Shown: piece after piece, positions 1 to 10,584 of the stretch | How the letters are laid out: each line of letters begins with the position of its first letter | Numbering within the stretch: the stretch's first letter is position 1 | NCBI GenBank assembly: GCA_963813155.1 | Contig: CAWEYG010000003.1 | Span: 128,001-192,000, forward strand | Source: an uncultured Acidobacteriota bacterium | GTDB lineage: Bacteria > Acidobacteriota > Thermoanaerobaculia > UBA5066 > DATFVB01 | Length of the DNA stretch: 64,000 bases | Reading direction: 5' to 3' | Notes under the pieces: model-generated | Database searches by the model: none | The model's input: the letters and a program-made list of their open reading frames with translations, nothing else | What the model was told of the DNA's origin: nothing | Position numbers and translations under genes: made by a program

Positions 1-1393
1 GCAGCGCGTGGCCGGCTACTCGCTCGCCGAGGCCGACCTCCTTCGAAAGGCGATCGGCAAGAAGAAAAAAGAGGTCATGCAGGCCGAAGCGGAGAAGTTT
101 CTGCGGCGCGCGGTCGAGGCCAAGACCGCCCGCAAGAAGGCCGAGGAAATCTGGTCGCTGATCGAGCCGTTCGCGCGCTACGGGTTCAACAAATCGCACG
201 CCGTCGCCTACGCCCTCCTCGCCTATCAGACCGCGTACTTGAAGGCCCACTATCCCGTCCATTTCATGGCAGCCTGCCTCACGGCGTCGATCGGTTCGAC
301 CGACGAGATCGTCCGCGTCATGGGGGAATGCTCGATTGCGGGCGTGCCGGTGCTTCCGCCCGACATCAACGAGTCGCAGCGGACGTTCGCTCCCGCCGGG
401 GCCGCGATCCGGTTCGGCCTGGCCGCCGTGCGGGGCGTGGGGGAAATGGCCGCGCAGACGATCCTGGACGAGCGATCGCGAGGCCCGTATGCCTCGTTCA
501 CGGATTTCGTCTTCCGCGTCGATGCGAAGCTCGTCAACCGCCGCGCGGTCGAAGCTCTCATCCACGCGGGAGCGTTCGATTCCCTCGGGAAGAGCCGGTC
601 CTCGCTGCGCGAGGCGTACGAGGAAATCTCGTCCCGTTCCGCCCGGAGCCGGCAGGACCGGGAAAACGGGCAGACGGATCTCTTCGGCGGAACCGCGGCG
701 CCGGGGCCGCCGGCGGACGATTTTCCGGACGCGGCCCCCGACACGCTCGACGAGAAGCTCCGGCACGAAAAGGAGTCGCTCGGGTTCTACGTCACCGGGC
801 ATCCCCTCGCGAAGTATTCCGAGGAGATCGAGCGTTTCGCGGAAGTCAAGGTCGAGGGCCTTCGCGATTGCATCGAACGGGTCGTCAAGATCGCCGGGGT
901 GATCACCGCGCTCAAGAAACAGAAGATCAAGAAGGGCGTCAACACCGGCAAGTTCATGGCGAAGTTCCAGCTCGAAGACACAACGGGAACCGCGCCGGTC
1001 GCCGTCTTTTCTTCGCTCTTCGACAAGGCCTCCCCGATGCTCGAAGACGACAGGCCCATTCTGCTGACCGCTCTCGTCCGGGAGGGTGGCGGAAGCGTGG
1101 AGCTCAATGCTCAGGAAATCGTGCCCCTCGCGGGGCTAAAGGACCGCCGCGCCCGAGGAATCGAGATCTGCCTCGACCTCACGCTGGCCGACGAAGACGT
1201 TCTCGCGAAAGTGCATGACCGGCTCCGGCAGCACCCCGGTCCCGTCCCGGTCTCGATCCGGCTCGTCCGGCCGGGCGAGTTCGAGGCAACGCTGCGCGCG
1301 AACGGAACCCTGTCGGTCAAGCCGTCGCCGACGCTCACGGAGGAGATTCGCCTGCTCGCGGGGGAACGCTCCGTCGAGTACGTCTATGAGTGA
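1..1393 (+). CDS. dnaE: DNA polymerase III alpha subunit, C-terminal part (truncated at window edge)
   Basis: FARYGFNKSHAVAY, PPDINES, IRFGLAAVRGVG and EKESLGFYVTGHPL motifs; OB-fold C-terminus. Confidence 0.97.
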   Translation, partial: QRVAGYSLAEADLLRKAIGKKKKEVMQAEAEKFLRRAVEAKTARKKAEEIWSLIEPFARYGFNKSHAVAYALLAYQTAYLKAHYPVHFMAACLTASIGSTDEIVRVMGECSIAGVPVLPPDINESQRTFAPAGAAIRFGLAAVRGVGEMAAQTILDERSRGPYASFTDFVFRVDAKLVNRRAVEALIHAGAFDSLGKSRSSLREAYEEISSRSARSRQDRENGQTDLFGGTAAPGPPADDFPDAAPDTLDEKLRHEKESLGFYVTGHPLAKYSEEIERFAEVKVEGLRDCIERVVKIAGVITALKKQKIKKGVNTGKFMAKFQLEDTTGTAPVAVFSSLFDKASPMLEDDRPILLTALVREGGGSVELNAQEIVPLAGLKDRRARGIEICLDLTLADEDVLAKVHDRLRQHPGPVPVSIRLVRPGEFEATLRANGTLSVKPSPTLTEEIRLLAGERSVEYVYE

Positions 1394-2621
1394 GCCCCGC
1401 CCCCGAACCCCGGGCGGCGTCCGTGAATCGATCGGCCGCGAGGCGGACCGTGCCGGCGTCGTCGCCTACCTCGTGGGAGGCGCCGTTCGCGATGCCTTGC
1501 GGCGGCGGAGGGTTCGAGACATCGACGTCGCGGTCGAAGGCGACGCGGTGGCCTTTGCGCGAGCATGGGCCCGCGCCTCCGGCGGGCGGTTCGCGGCCTC
1601 CTCGGCGTTCGGAACCGCGACCGTCGAGCTCGGCCCCGCCGCGGCAGCGCTGCGCGTGGACTTCGCGACGAGCCGCGCGGAGTCGTATTCCTCGCCGGCG
1701 GCGCTTCCCCGCGTCCGACCTGCATCCATCGCCGAGGATCTCGGGAGGCGCGATTTCACGATCAACGCGATGGCCATCGCCTTGAACGGTCCGGCGAAGG
1801 GCCGGCTCCTCGATCCGTTCGGTGGACGGGCCGATCTGGCCCGCGGCATCGTCCGGATGCTTCACTCCGCTTCGGCGCGAGACGACCCGACCCGGGCCTA
1901 TCGGGCGGCTCGCTTCGCCCTGCGGTTCGGGTTCCGGATCGCGCCCGAGACGCGGCGCTGGGTCGCCGAAGCGATCGACTCGGGCGCGTTCGAGAGCCTC
2001 AGCGGCGACCGTCTCCGGCGGGAGATCCTCCTCCTGTTCGCGGAGCACTCCCCGTCGATCGCGGTTCGGGCGATCGTGGCCCTCCGCCTCGAGCGGACGA
2101 TCTCCCCGCGTCTCGGCGCGGGCGCCGCGCCGATCCGGAGACTCCAGCGAGTGGAGGCCTTCGCGGGGCGGGCCGGGCGGCCGCGGGGATGGCCGGCGCT
2201 GCTGGCGTGGTCGCTCGACCTTCCCGAAGCGGATCGCCGTGCCGCCGCGCTGCGCCTCGGCCTCGCGGGGGAGCCGCTGCGCGAGTTTTGCGACGCCGGG
2301 CGGCGCACGCGCGAAGCCCGCGAGGCGGCCCGGGGAAAACGGCTCTCGGCCCTCGCCGCCGTCAGCCGCGACTGGCCGATCGACACCGTCCTCGCCGCGG
2401 CCTCGGCGCTCGCGCCGGCCGCTGCGTCGCGCCTGCTGCGCGCGCGTTCGCTCGCTTCCCGGCTGCGCCTGCGGATCAGCGGCGAAGACCTCCGGCGGTC
2501 CGGGGTGCTGCCGGGCCCGGCAATCGGCCGGGCGCTCGAAGAGACGTGGCGCGCGAGAATCGACCGCCGGATTCTGCCGGCCCAGGAGCTGCCTTTCGCG
2601 CTCGCGGAGGTTCGAAAGTGA
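1386..2621 (+). CDS. cca: CCA-adding enzyme / tRNA nucleotidyltransferase
   Basis: YLVGGAVRD, DIDV, DLGRRDFTINAMA and DDPTRAYRAARF motifs; ATG at 1386 overlaps dnaE end. Confidence 0.9.
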   Translation: MSEPRPRTPGGVRESIGREADRAGVVAYLVGGAVRDALRRRRVRDIDVAVEGDAVAFARAWARASGGRFAASSAFGTATVELGPAAAALRVDFATSRAESYSSPAALPRVRPASIAEDLGRRDFTINAMAIALNGPAKGRLLDPFGGRADLARGIVRMLHSASARDDPTRAYRAARFALRFGFRIAPETRRWVAEAIDSGAFESLSGDRLRREILLLFAEHSPSIAVRAIVALRLERTISPRLGAGAAPIRRLQRVEAFAGRAGRPRGWPALLAWSLDLPEADRRAAALRLGLAGEPLREFCDAGRRTREAREAARGKRLSALAAVSRDWPIDTVLAAASALAPAAASRLLRARSLASRLRLRISGEDLRRSGVLPGPAIGRALEETWRARIDRRILPAQELPFALAEVRK

Positions 2622-3286
2622 ACATCCTCGTCCGCGTGGCGGCGTTTCTCGCGGGCGTCGCGGCGAGCGCGGCCCCGCCGGCTCCGCTGGCCTCGCCTGC
2701 GCCGGCGGCGGACGAGGCCCCGGCGTCGACGTACCTCTTCGAATGGATGACCCGAACGGGAGCCGCGAGCCGGCGGCTGACGCTCTTCGGTGACGGCATC
2801 CTCGTGCGGAAATCGGTTTCCCAGGACGGAAAGACCGATCTCAAGAAACGGAAGCTCTCCCCGGAGGAGTACTCCTTCTACTCCGACTACTTCGGGAGTC
2901 CCGAGTCCCGCGAAGGAGCCGGCAACTTCGAGACGGGTCTGACGGGCGACCAGGCGGCGAGCTCCGAGATTTCGTTCGCTCCGCCCGGAGGGCCCCGGTG
3001 GTCGCTGACGTTCGACTCGTTTTCCGCGCTGTCGGCCCCGGCGTCGCGAGTGAAATCCGCGCTCGAAGGCCTTCTCGACTCGTTCGGCAAGGTGTTGCCC
3101 AGCGAAAGCGATTTCCCGATCGAGAAACTCGTTCCGGGGACCCTCCTTCGTCGCCGCGACGGCCAGGAGTTTCGGGTCGTGCACGTGGACGAACAAGCGA
3201 AGATCGTCGAGGCGCGCGCCGTCGGCCAGCCGTATTCTCAGTTCTTCCAGTGGTCGAAGCTTCGGTATTCCTTTTACCCGCCATGA
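2618..3286 (+). CDS. Hypothetical exported protein
   Basis: GTG start overlapping upstream stop (GTGA); signal-peptide-like N-terminus. Confidence 0.7.
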   Translation: MNILVRVAAFLAGVAASAAPPAPLASPAPAADEAPASTYLFEWMTRTGAASRRLTLFGDGILVRKSVSQDGKTDLKKRKLSPEEYSFYSDYFGSPESREGAGNFETGLTGDQAASSEISFAPPGGPRWSLTFDSFSALSAPASRVKSALEGLLDSFGKVLPSESDFPIEKLVPGTLLRRRDGQEFRVVHVDEQAKIVEARAVGQPYSQFFQWSKLRYSFYPP

Positions 3287-3822
3287 CGTCCGGTCTTCGC
3301 GTGGTCGGAGGGACGTTGCGAGGGCGGCGCCTCGCGGCCCTTCCCGGGTCGCGGCCCACGTCCGAAAAGGCGCGCGAGGCCCTGTTCGACATTCTCGGGC
3401 CCTGGATCGCGGGAAGGTCGATTCTCGAGCTGTATGCGGGATCGGGCGCGATCGCCATCGAAGCTCTCTCGCGGGGGGCGGCGTCGGCGGTTGCGGTGGA
3501 CCGCGACGCGTCGGCGCTCGAAGAAAACCGCCGCCGGCTCGAAATCGCCCTCGACGTCGTCGAGGCTCCGGCCCACCGGGCGGTCGACACTCTTCGACGG
3601 TCCCGCCGCGCGTTCGACCTCGTCTTTCTGGATCCGCCTTACGCCGCGGCGGCCGACGTCCTGAGCCCCGACGATCTCGGGCGGCTCGTGCTCCCCGCGG
3701 GCCGCCTCGTCTGGCAGACCGACTCCGGCGCGACGGTCGAGGCGATCGGGGCGGAACTCTCCTCGGAGCGCGTCGCCCGATACGGCCGCAACGTCTTTTC
3801 CTTTTTTCGGAAGACGGCGTGA
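3283..3822 (+). CDS. rsmD: 16S rRNA m2G966 methyltransferase RsmD
   Basis: LRVVGGTLRGRRL, RPTSEKAREALF, LELYAGSG, DLVFLDPPY. Confidence 0.92.
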   Translation: MTSGLRVVGGTLRGRRLAALPGSRPTSEKAREALFDILGPWIAGRSILELYAGSGAIAIEALSRGAASAVAVDRDASALEENRRRLEIALDVVEAPAHRAVDTLRRSRRAFDLVFLDPPYAAAADVLSPDDLGRLVLPAGRLVWQTDSGATVEAIGAELSSERVARYGRNVFSFFRKTA

Positions 3823-4842
3823 GCCGGCCGAGAATTCTCTTCTGGGTCCACGACCCGGAAGCGCCCTCATTCCGGCACCGGCTCGCGGCAAACATTCCCG
3901 CCCTCGAGGCGGAAGGCTTCGCGTGCGAGGTCGAGACGTTCCCCCGGCGGCGCTACGGCATCCGGATTCTCGAGCGGTGGGGCCGCCTTTCCGGTTTCGA
4001 TCTTCTCGTGGTCGCGAAGTTCAAGCTCGAGGTGGGCGAGCGCCCGATCGTCCGGCGGCTCGCCAAGCGAATCGCCTACGATTTCGACGACGCGATCTAC
4101 TATTCGAAACCGGACCGCCCCGGCGATCCCCCCGACCGATCCGCGAGACGCGTCCGCAAGTTTCGCGCGATGTGCGCGATCGCGGATCTCGTGACGGCCG
4201 GCAACGAGACGCTGGCGGCGGCGGCTCGCCCGTACACGCGGAGAGTCGAGATCCTGCCGACCCCGATCGACCTCGCGCCCTACTCCGGTCCGACCCTCGA
4301 ACGGAGCGGGACTCGCCTCGTCTGGATCGGGCTGCCGGGGAATCTGCCCTACCTGGAGATCCTTCGCGAGCCGCTCGCGAGACTGAGCAGCGAATTTCCG
4401 GCGCTCTCCCTGAAAGTCCTCAGCGAGCGACCGCCGGTGGCCCTGCCGATCCCGGTCGAATTCGTCCGCTGGTCGCCGGACACGGAGGCGTGCGAGCTTG
4501 CTTCGTGCGGATATCGGAGTCATGCCGTTGTCGGACGACGACTGGACCCGCGGAAAGGGAGGCTTCAAGCTGCTCCAGTACATGGCGGCGCGGCTTCCGA
4601 CCGTCGCGTCTCCGGTCGGCGTCAATCGGGAGATCGTGGCGGAGGGCGAAACCGGCTTTCTCGCGGCGGACTCCGCCGGGTGGGAGAGGTCTCTCCGGAC
4701 TCTGCTCCAGCATCCCGTCCGCGCGCGGGCAATGGGCGAGGCGGGGCGGCGTCGCGTCGAGGAGAGATACGAACGGTCGATCGCTTCGAGGCGTCTCGTC
4801 GAGCTGTATCGGCTCGCGATTGCAATTCCCGGCGGGTCTTGA
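3819..4842 (+). CDS. Glycosyltransferase family 4 (frameshift near 4505)
   Basis: YDFDDAIY and VWIG in the first frame; DIGVMPL..TRGKGGFKLLQYMAARLPTVASPVGVN in a second frame. Confidence 0.85.
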
Positions 4843-4887
4843 TACCTTTTTTCGCCTTTACCGGTTTTCAGGGCGAAAGGAGCCACG

Positions 4888-6069
4888 ATGCCGCGGGACG
4901 GGAAGCACTTTTTCACTTCGGAGTCGGTGACGGAGGGTCACCCCGACAAAATCGCCGACCAGATCTCCGACTCGATTCTCGACGCGATCCTGAGCCAGGA
5001 TCCGATGGGCCGCGTCGCGTGCGAGACGCTCGTCACCACGGGAATGGCGTTCGTCGCGGGCGAGATCACGACGGACTGTTACGTGCACTTTCCCGACGTC
5101 GTTCGGCAGACGATCAAGGACGTCGGCTACACGCGCGCGAAGTACGGGTTCGACTACCAGACCTGCGCCGTGATCTCGTCGATCGACCGCCAGTCTCCCG
5201 ACATCGCGCAGGGCGTCGACACGGGCGGCGCCGGCGACCAGGGCCTGATGTTCGGCTACGCGTGCAACGAGACGAAAGAGCTCATGCCCACGCCGATCAC
5301 GCTCGCGCACGCGCTGACGATGCGGCTGGCGGAAGCGCGCAAGAAGGAAGAGCTCGATTTCCTGCGGCCCGACGGCAAGTCCCAGGTCACCGTGCAATAC
5401 GACGGCGACAAGCCGGTGCGTTGCGAGGCGATCGTCGTTTCGACTCAGCACGCCGAGGCCATCAAGCATGCCGAGCTGAAGGAACAGATCATCGAGGCGG
5501 TGATTCGCCCGACGATTCCCGCCGCCATGATCGACGCCCAGACGAAATTCCACATCAATCCGACGGGGCGCTTCGTCGTCGGCGGCCCGCAGGGCGACTG
5601 CGGCTTGACCGGGCGAAAGATCATCGTCGACACGTACGGCGGCGTCGGTTCGCACGGCGGCGGCGCGTTCTCGGGCAAAGACCCCACGAAGGTCGATCGT
5701 TCGGCCTCCTACATGGCGAGGTACATCGCAAAGAACATCGTCGCTTCCGGGATTTCGAAACGCTGCGAGGTCCAGCTGGCCTACGCGATCGGCGTCGCGG
5801 ACCCCGTGTCCATCCTGATCGACACGAAGGGGAGCGGGCAGATCGGGGAGGATCGGATCGAGAAGATCGTCCGAGAGATTTTCCCGCTCACGCCGAAGGG
5901 AATCATCGAAGCGCTCAACCTGCGCCGGCCGATCTACAAGAAGACCGCCGCGTACGGCCACTTCGGCCGCGCTCTGCCGGAGTTCCACTGGGAAAGAACG
6001 GACCGCGCCGAAGCGATCGCGAAGGCGGCGGGCGTTTCGGCTCCGGCGAAGGCGGCTGTGACGGCGTAG
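4888..6069 (+). CDS. metK: S-adenosylmethionine synthetase
   Basis: [35 protein letters not shown]. Confidence 0.99.
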   Translation: MPRDGKHFFTSESVTEGHPDKIADQISDSILDAILSQDPMGRVACETLVTTGMAFVAGEITTDCYVHFPDVVRQTIKDVGYTRAKYGFDYQTCAVISSIDRQSPDIAQGVDTGGAGDQGLMFGYACNETKELMPTPITLAHALTMRLAEARKKEELDFLRPDGKSQVTVQYDGDKPVRCEAIVVSTQHAEAIKHAELKEQIIEAVIRPTIPAAMIDAQTKFHINPTGRFVVGGPQGDCGLTGRKIIVDTYGGVGSHGGGAFSGKDPTKVDRSASYMARYIAKNIVASGISKRCEVQLAYAIGVADPVSILIDTKGSGQIGEDRIEKIVREIFPLTPKGIIEALNLRRPIYKKTAAYGHFGRALPEFHWERTDRAEAIAKAAGVSAPAKAAVTA

Positions 6070-6135
6070 TTTTTCTCCCGCGTGGATCTTGACCTCCCGA
6101 AGGCGAGGGCCTAGCTTGTCGAGGGAGGTGCGGAC

Positions 6136-6243
6136 ATGCTCGACGTCATCCTGAAAAGCTTCGAGAATCCCTGGGTCGTGGGAAACGAGCCCTACGTCTC
6201 GCTCCATTTTTCCGGAGCGGAGAAATATGCCCGGAAGGAATGA
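6136..6243 (+). pseudogene. 35-codon remnant of a cupin-domain gene with an internal deletion
   Basis: GGAGG RBS then MLDVILKSFENP|WVVGNEPYVSLHFSGAEKYARKE*, resembling the joined N- and C-termini of ~120-aa cupin proteins. Confidence 0.6.
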
Positions 6244-7147
6244 TGGGCCGAATTGGTGTGTCCCTGGCTGCGTGGCTGATATTGGGTTTCCCGATCGCCA
6301 GTCGCGCACAGAGTCTGGCCCTCACCTTTGACGACGGGCTCGATCCGCGGGAGCAGCCGCAGTCAGCCTCCTGGAATAAGGCCATTCTGTCCGCCCTGGC
6401 GAAAGAGAAAATCCAATCCCTTCTCTTCGCCGCCGGAAAGAGAGTCGACAGTGAGGAAGGTCTGGCGCTCGTAAAAGACTGGGGAATGTCCGGACACGCG
6501 GTCGCCAACCATACGTACTCACACCTCAATTTCAACTCCGCGCAGACGACGCTCGAGGGCTTCGTCACAGATGTCGAAAGAGATGAAGCGTTGCTGAAGG
6601 ACCTACCCGGTTGGACCCGGCGTCTGCGCTTTCCCTACCTCAAGGAAGGGGATACCGCCGCCAAACGCGACGACTTCCGGCGCTGGCTGGTCCATCACAG
6701 GTACAGGAGCGGCGCGGTAAGCATCGATACGAGCGACTGGTACTACAACAACCGCTATCTCTCCTGGAAGGCCGCGCACCCGGGCGACGACCCCTCTCGA
6801 TTCCGTTCCGCCTATCTCGCTCATCTGTGGGGTCGGGCATTTACTACGACGGCTTATCGAAGAGACTCTTTCATCGGAGCATCAAACACATTTTGCTGCT
6901 CCACACCAACGCCATCAACGCGGCATTTTTGCCCGACGTCGTCTCGATGTTCAGATCGAAGGGATGGGCGTTCGTCAGTCCCGATGCGGCGTACCACGAC
7001 CCGGTTTATGGGATGAAACCGACCGTGCTGCCGGCCGGTGAAAGCATCCTCTGGTCGTTGGCCAAACAGAACCAATTTGAAGATCTCCGTTATCCTGCGG
7101 AAGACGATGTCTATGAAAAACCTCTTCTCGACGCGCTCGAGTTCTAG
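6240..7147 (+). CDS. Polysaccharide deacetylase (frameshift near 6838)
   Basis: ALTFDDG, NHTYSH, RFPYL; second frame ILLLHTNAINA. Confidence 0.88.
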
Positions 7148-7169
7148 CGTCTCCCAAAACTCCAGATCG

Positions 7170-7535
7170 ATGGAGCGCGTTCTTTTTTCGCTCGGCGCGT
7201 TCTCCGCGTTCCTGGCCGTCGCCGCCGGGGCGTTCGGCGCTCACGCTCTGAGGGCCCGCCTGTCGCCGGAAATGCTCTCCGTGTTCGAAACGGGGGCTCG
7301 ATACCAGATGTACCAGGCGCTCGCGCTCCTGGCCGCCGGATGGGCCTCGGCCCATTGGCCGGGGCGCCGCGCCGTGGCCGCGGGCTGGCTCTTCGTCGCG
7401 GGAACGGTTCTCTTTTCGGGGAGCCTCTACGCGCTCGCTCTCACGGGAATTCGCTCGTTCGGAGCCGTCACGCCCGTGGGAGGGCTCTGCTTTCTCGTCG
7501 GGTGGGTTTGCCTCGGATCCGCCGCCTGGGGTTAG
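7170..7535 (+). CDS. DUF423 family membrane protein
   Basis: GAFGAH, FETGARYQMY, LFSGSLY, GAVTPVGG. Confidence 0.9.
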   Translation: MERVLFSLGAFSAFLAVAAGAFGAHALRARLSPEMLSVFETGARYQMYQALALLAAGWASAHWPGRRAVAAGWLFVAGTVLFSGSLYALALTGIRSFGAVTPVGGLCFLVGWVCLGSAAWG

Positions 7536-7565
7536 ACTGGGACCCTGGCTGGGAGGAGGTTCAAG

Positions 7566-8134
7566 ATGACAAAGAAAACGGCCTCGAAGAAGAAAACCGC
7601 TTCGGCGAAAAAGAAGAAGGCCGGCGCGAAGAGGAAAGTCCGCGCCGAAAAGGAAATCCGCCGCGACGAAGAAGTCGGCCCCGAAAAGGAAGTCAGCTCC
7701 CCGTCCGGCGAAAAAGCGCGCGGGAAAGAAGACCGCGACGGCCCGGAAGAAGCCGGCCGCGAAGAAGAGCCGTCCGGCGACGAAGAGCAGAGCGAGAAAG
7801 GCGGCCGCCCCGAGGAAGAATCCGGCTCCGCGTTCGCGGCCGTACCTGGAAGAAGACCACGAAACCACGAGCGCCGATTTCGACCTGATGGAGCCTCCGA
7901 CGGAACGCGGGCTCGGGCTGGAATCGGGGGGACAGTCCGGCGACACGGAGGGTCTCTCGCGGAGCGAGATCGCCGCTTCGGAAAGCGTGGAAGAGCTGCT
8001 CGAAGAAGGGACAGGCCTTCGAGGCGGGCATCATCAGCGGCGTCGAGAATGCGCCCGACGCCGACGAAGGCGGAGTCCGAACGCGCCAGGTTCCCGAGGA
8101 CGACGTGCCGGAGGAGTACATCGACCGCGACTAG
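7566..8134 (+). CDS. Lys/Ala-rich histone H1-like N-terminus plus acidic C-terminal domain (frameshifts near 7650-7700 and 8010)
   Basis: GGAGG RBS; MTKKTASKKKTASAKKKK..KKPAAKK..; then SGGQSGDTEGLS..ESVEELLEEG/QAFEAGIISGVENAPDAD..VPEDDVPEEY. Confidence 0.7.
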
Positions 8135-8166
8135 CGCGCCGCTCCTTCGGATAAGATTCGGCCCGG

Positions 8167-9777
8167 ATGGAAATCCTCGAAAGCCACCTCGACACCGGCT
8201 CGGAGGAGTTCCGCGCCCGTTCGGAAGCGATGCGCAAGCTCGTCGCCGGGTTGAAGGAGGGCGCCGCGAAGGCTCGCGACGGGGGCGGAGAGAAGGCTCG
8301 CGAGCACCACGTGAAACAGGGGAAGATGCCGGTCCGGGATCGCATCGAGAAACTGCTCGATCCCGGCTCTCCGTTCCTGGAGCTTTCGCCGATGGCCGCC
8401 CACGGAATGTACGACGGCGCCGCCCCGTGCGCGGGCCTCGTGACCGGGATCGGGGAGGTGTCCGGCCGCGAGGTGATGATCGTCGCCAATGACGCGACCG
8501 TGAAGGGCGGAACGTATTTCCCGATGACGGTGAAGAAACATCTCCGGGCGCAGGAGATCGCGCAGCAGAACCGCCTGCCGTGCGTCTACCTCGTCGATTC
8601 GGGCGGCGCGTTCCTTCCGCTCCAGGCGGACGTGTTTCCCGACCGCGATCACTTCGGAAGGATTTTCTTCAACCAGGCGCGCATGTCGGCCCTGAAGATT
8701 CCGCAGATCTCCGCCGTTCTCGGTTCGTGCACGGCCGGCGGCGCGTACGTTCCGGCCATGTCCGACGAAGCCGTGATCGTTCGCAACCAGGGCACGATCT
8801 TCCTCGGAGGGCCGCCGCTCGTCAAAGCCGCGACCGGGGAAGAGGTCACCGCCGAGGAGCTCGGCGGCGCCGACGTGCACACGCGGGTGTCCGGCGTCGC
8901 GGACCATCTCGCGGAGGACGACGCCCACGCGCTCGAGATCGTCCGTTCGATCGTCGCGAACCTCCACACGAGCAAGGTCCTTCCGGCGGACACGGTCTCC
9001 CCGGAGCCGCCGCTCCATCCCGCGGAGGAGATCTACGGCGTGATCCCGCGCGACGTCCGGAAGCCCTACGACGTCCGCGAGCTGATCTGCCGCCTCGTCG
9101 ACGGCTCGCGTTTCCACGAGTTCAAGGCCCGATACGGCCCGACGCTCGTGACGGGGTTCGCGCGGCTCTCCGGTTTCCTCGTCGGCATCGTCGCGAACAA
9201 CGGGATCCTCTTCTCGGAATCCGCCCTCAAGGCGACGCACTTCATCGAGCTCTGCTGCAGCCGCCGCGTGCCGCTCGTCTTCCTCCAGAACATCACGGGG
9301 TTCATGGTGGGCAAGGAATACGAACGCGGCGGGATCGCGAAAGACGGCGCGAAAATGGTTCACGCCGTCGCGAACGCCCGAGTGCCGAAGTTCACGGTCG
9401 TCGTCGGCGGCTCGTTCGGCGCGGGAAACTACGCAATGTGCGGCCGAGCCTATGAGCCGCGATTTCTCTGGATGTGGCCGAACGCGCGAATCTCCGTGAT
9501 GGGAGGGGAGCAGGCGGCGAAGGTCCTGTCGACCGTCAAGCAGGAACAGCGAAAGCGGCAGGGCGAGCCGGCGCTCACCGGGCCGGAGCTCGCCGAGTTC
9601 GAAAGGCCGACGCGCGAGAAGTACGAAACGGAAGGCAGCCCGTACTTCTCCACGGCGCGCCTCTGGGACGACGGAATTCTCGACCCCGCGGACACGCGCG
9701 AGGCGCTGTCGCTCGGGATCTCGGCCGCTTACAACGCGGGGATTCCGGATACCGAGTTCGGCATCTTCCGGATGTAG
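8167..9777 (+). CDS. mccB: Methylcrotonyl-CoA carboxylase beta (carboxyltransferase) subunit
   Basis: [45 protein letters not shown]. Confidence 0.96.
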   Translation: MEILESHLDTGSEEFRARSEAMRKLVAGLKEGAAKARDGGGEKAREHHVKQGKMPVRDRIEKLLDPGSPFLELSPMAAHGMYDGAAPCAGLVTGIGEVSGREVMIVANDATVKGGTYFPMTVKKHLRAQEIAQQNRLPCVYLVDSGGAFLPLQADVFPDRDHFGRIFFNQARMSALKIPQISAVLGSCTAGGAYVPAMSDEAVIVRNQGTIFLGGPPLVKAATGEEVTAEELGGADVHTRVSGVADHLAEDDAHALEIVRSIVANLHTSKVLPADTVSPEPPLHPAEEIYGVIPRDVRKPYDVRELICRLVDGSRFHEFKARYGPTLVTGFARLSGFLVGIVANNGILFSESALKATHFIELCCSRRVPLVFLQNITGFMVGKEYERGGIAKDGAKMVHAVANARVPKFTVVVGGSFGAGNYAMCGRAYEPRFLWMWPNARISVMGGEQAAKVLSTVKQEQRKRQGEPALTGPELAEFERPTREKYETEGSPYFSTARLWDDGILDPADTREALSLGISAAYNAGIPDTEFGIFRM

Positions 9778-9786
9778 GAGAGACGC

Positions 9787-10584
9787 GTGGCGGAAGAGAC
9801 GTATTCGACACTTCGCGTGGAGCGGGACGGGCCGATCCGCCGGGTCGTGCTGAACCGGCCGCAGGTTCGCAACGCGTTCGACGAGGAGATGATCCGGGAG
9901 CTGACGGCGGCGTTCGCCGGGCTCTCGTCGGACGCCGGCGCGCGGGCCGTCGTGCTGGCGGGCGAGGGAAAGATCTTCTGCGCCGGCGCGGACGTCAACT
10001 GGATGCGCCGGGCCGGTTCGTACTCCCGCGAGGAGAACCTGGAAGACGCCCGGCGAATGGCGAAGATGCTCCGGACGATCGACACGTGCTCGAAGCCGGT
10101 CGTCGGGCAGATCCGGGGAGCCGCGATCGGCGGCGGCGTCGGTCTTGCCGCCGTCTGCGACATCGTCGTCGCGTCCGACAACACGGTGTTCTCGCTTGCC
10201 GAAGTGAAGCTCGGCATTCTTCCGGCCGCGATCTCGCCGTACGTCCTTCGGGCGATCGGGCCAAGGCAGGCGCGCGACGTTTTCCTGACGGGTGATCGCT
10301 TCGGCGCCGACGAGGCGCGGCGGATCGGCCTCGTGCATCGCGTCGTCCCGGACGCGGATCTCGAGAAGGCCGTTTCCGAGAAGATTTCGTCGCTCCTGAC
10401 CTCCGGACCCGAAGCGGTCGCCGCCGCGAAACGCCTCATCGGAACGGTGACCGGCAAGGACATCGACGAGGCGTTCTCGGAAACGGCGCAGGCGATCGCG
10501 GAGCGCCGGGCCTCCGACGAGGGTCGCGAGGGGCTCTCGGCGTTTCTCGAGAAGCGAAAGCCTTCGTGGAGCGGCGGCTCGTGA
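9787..10584 (+). CDS. liuC: Enoyl-CoA hydratase, probable methylglutaconyl-CoA hydratase
   Basis: LNRPQVRNAF, FCAGAD, GGGVGL, EVKLGI, AFLEKRKPSW; directly after mccB. Confidence 0.85.
   Translation: MAEETYSTLRVERDGPIRRVVLNRPQVRNAFDEEMIRELTAAFAGLSSDAGARAVVLAGEGKIFCAGADVNWMRRAGSYSREENLEDARRMAKMLRTIDTCSKPVVGQIRGAAIGGGVGLAAVCDIVVASDNTVFSLAEVKLGILPAAISPYVLRAIGPRQARDVFLTGDRFGADEARRIGLVHRVVPDADLEKAVSEKISSLLTSGPEAVAAAKRLIGTVTGKDIDEAFSETAQAIAERRASDEGREGLSAFLEKRKPSWSGGS

Noticed and set aside
4843-4887. SAM riboswitch upstream of metK
   Set aside because: Intergenic gap is only ~45 bp with no recognisable aptamer
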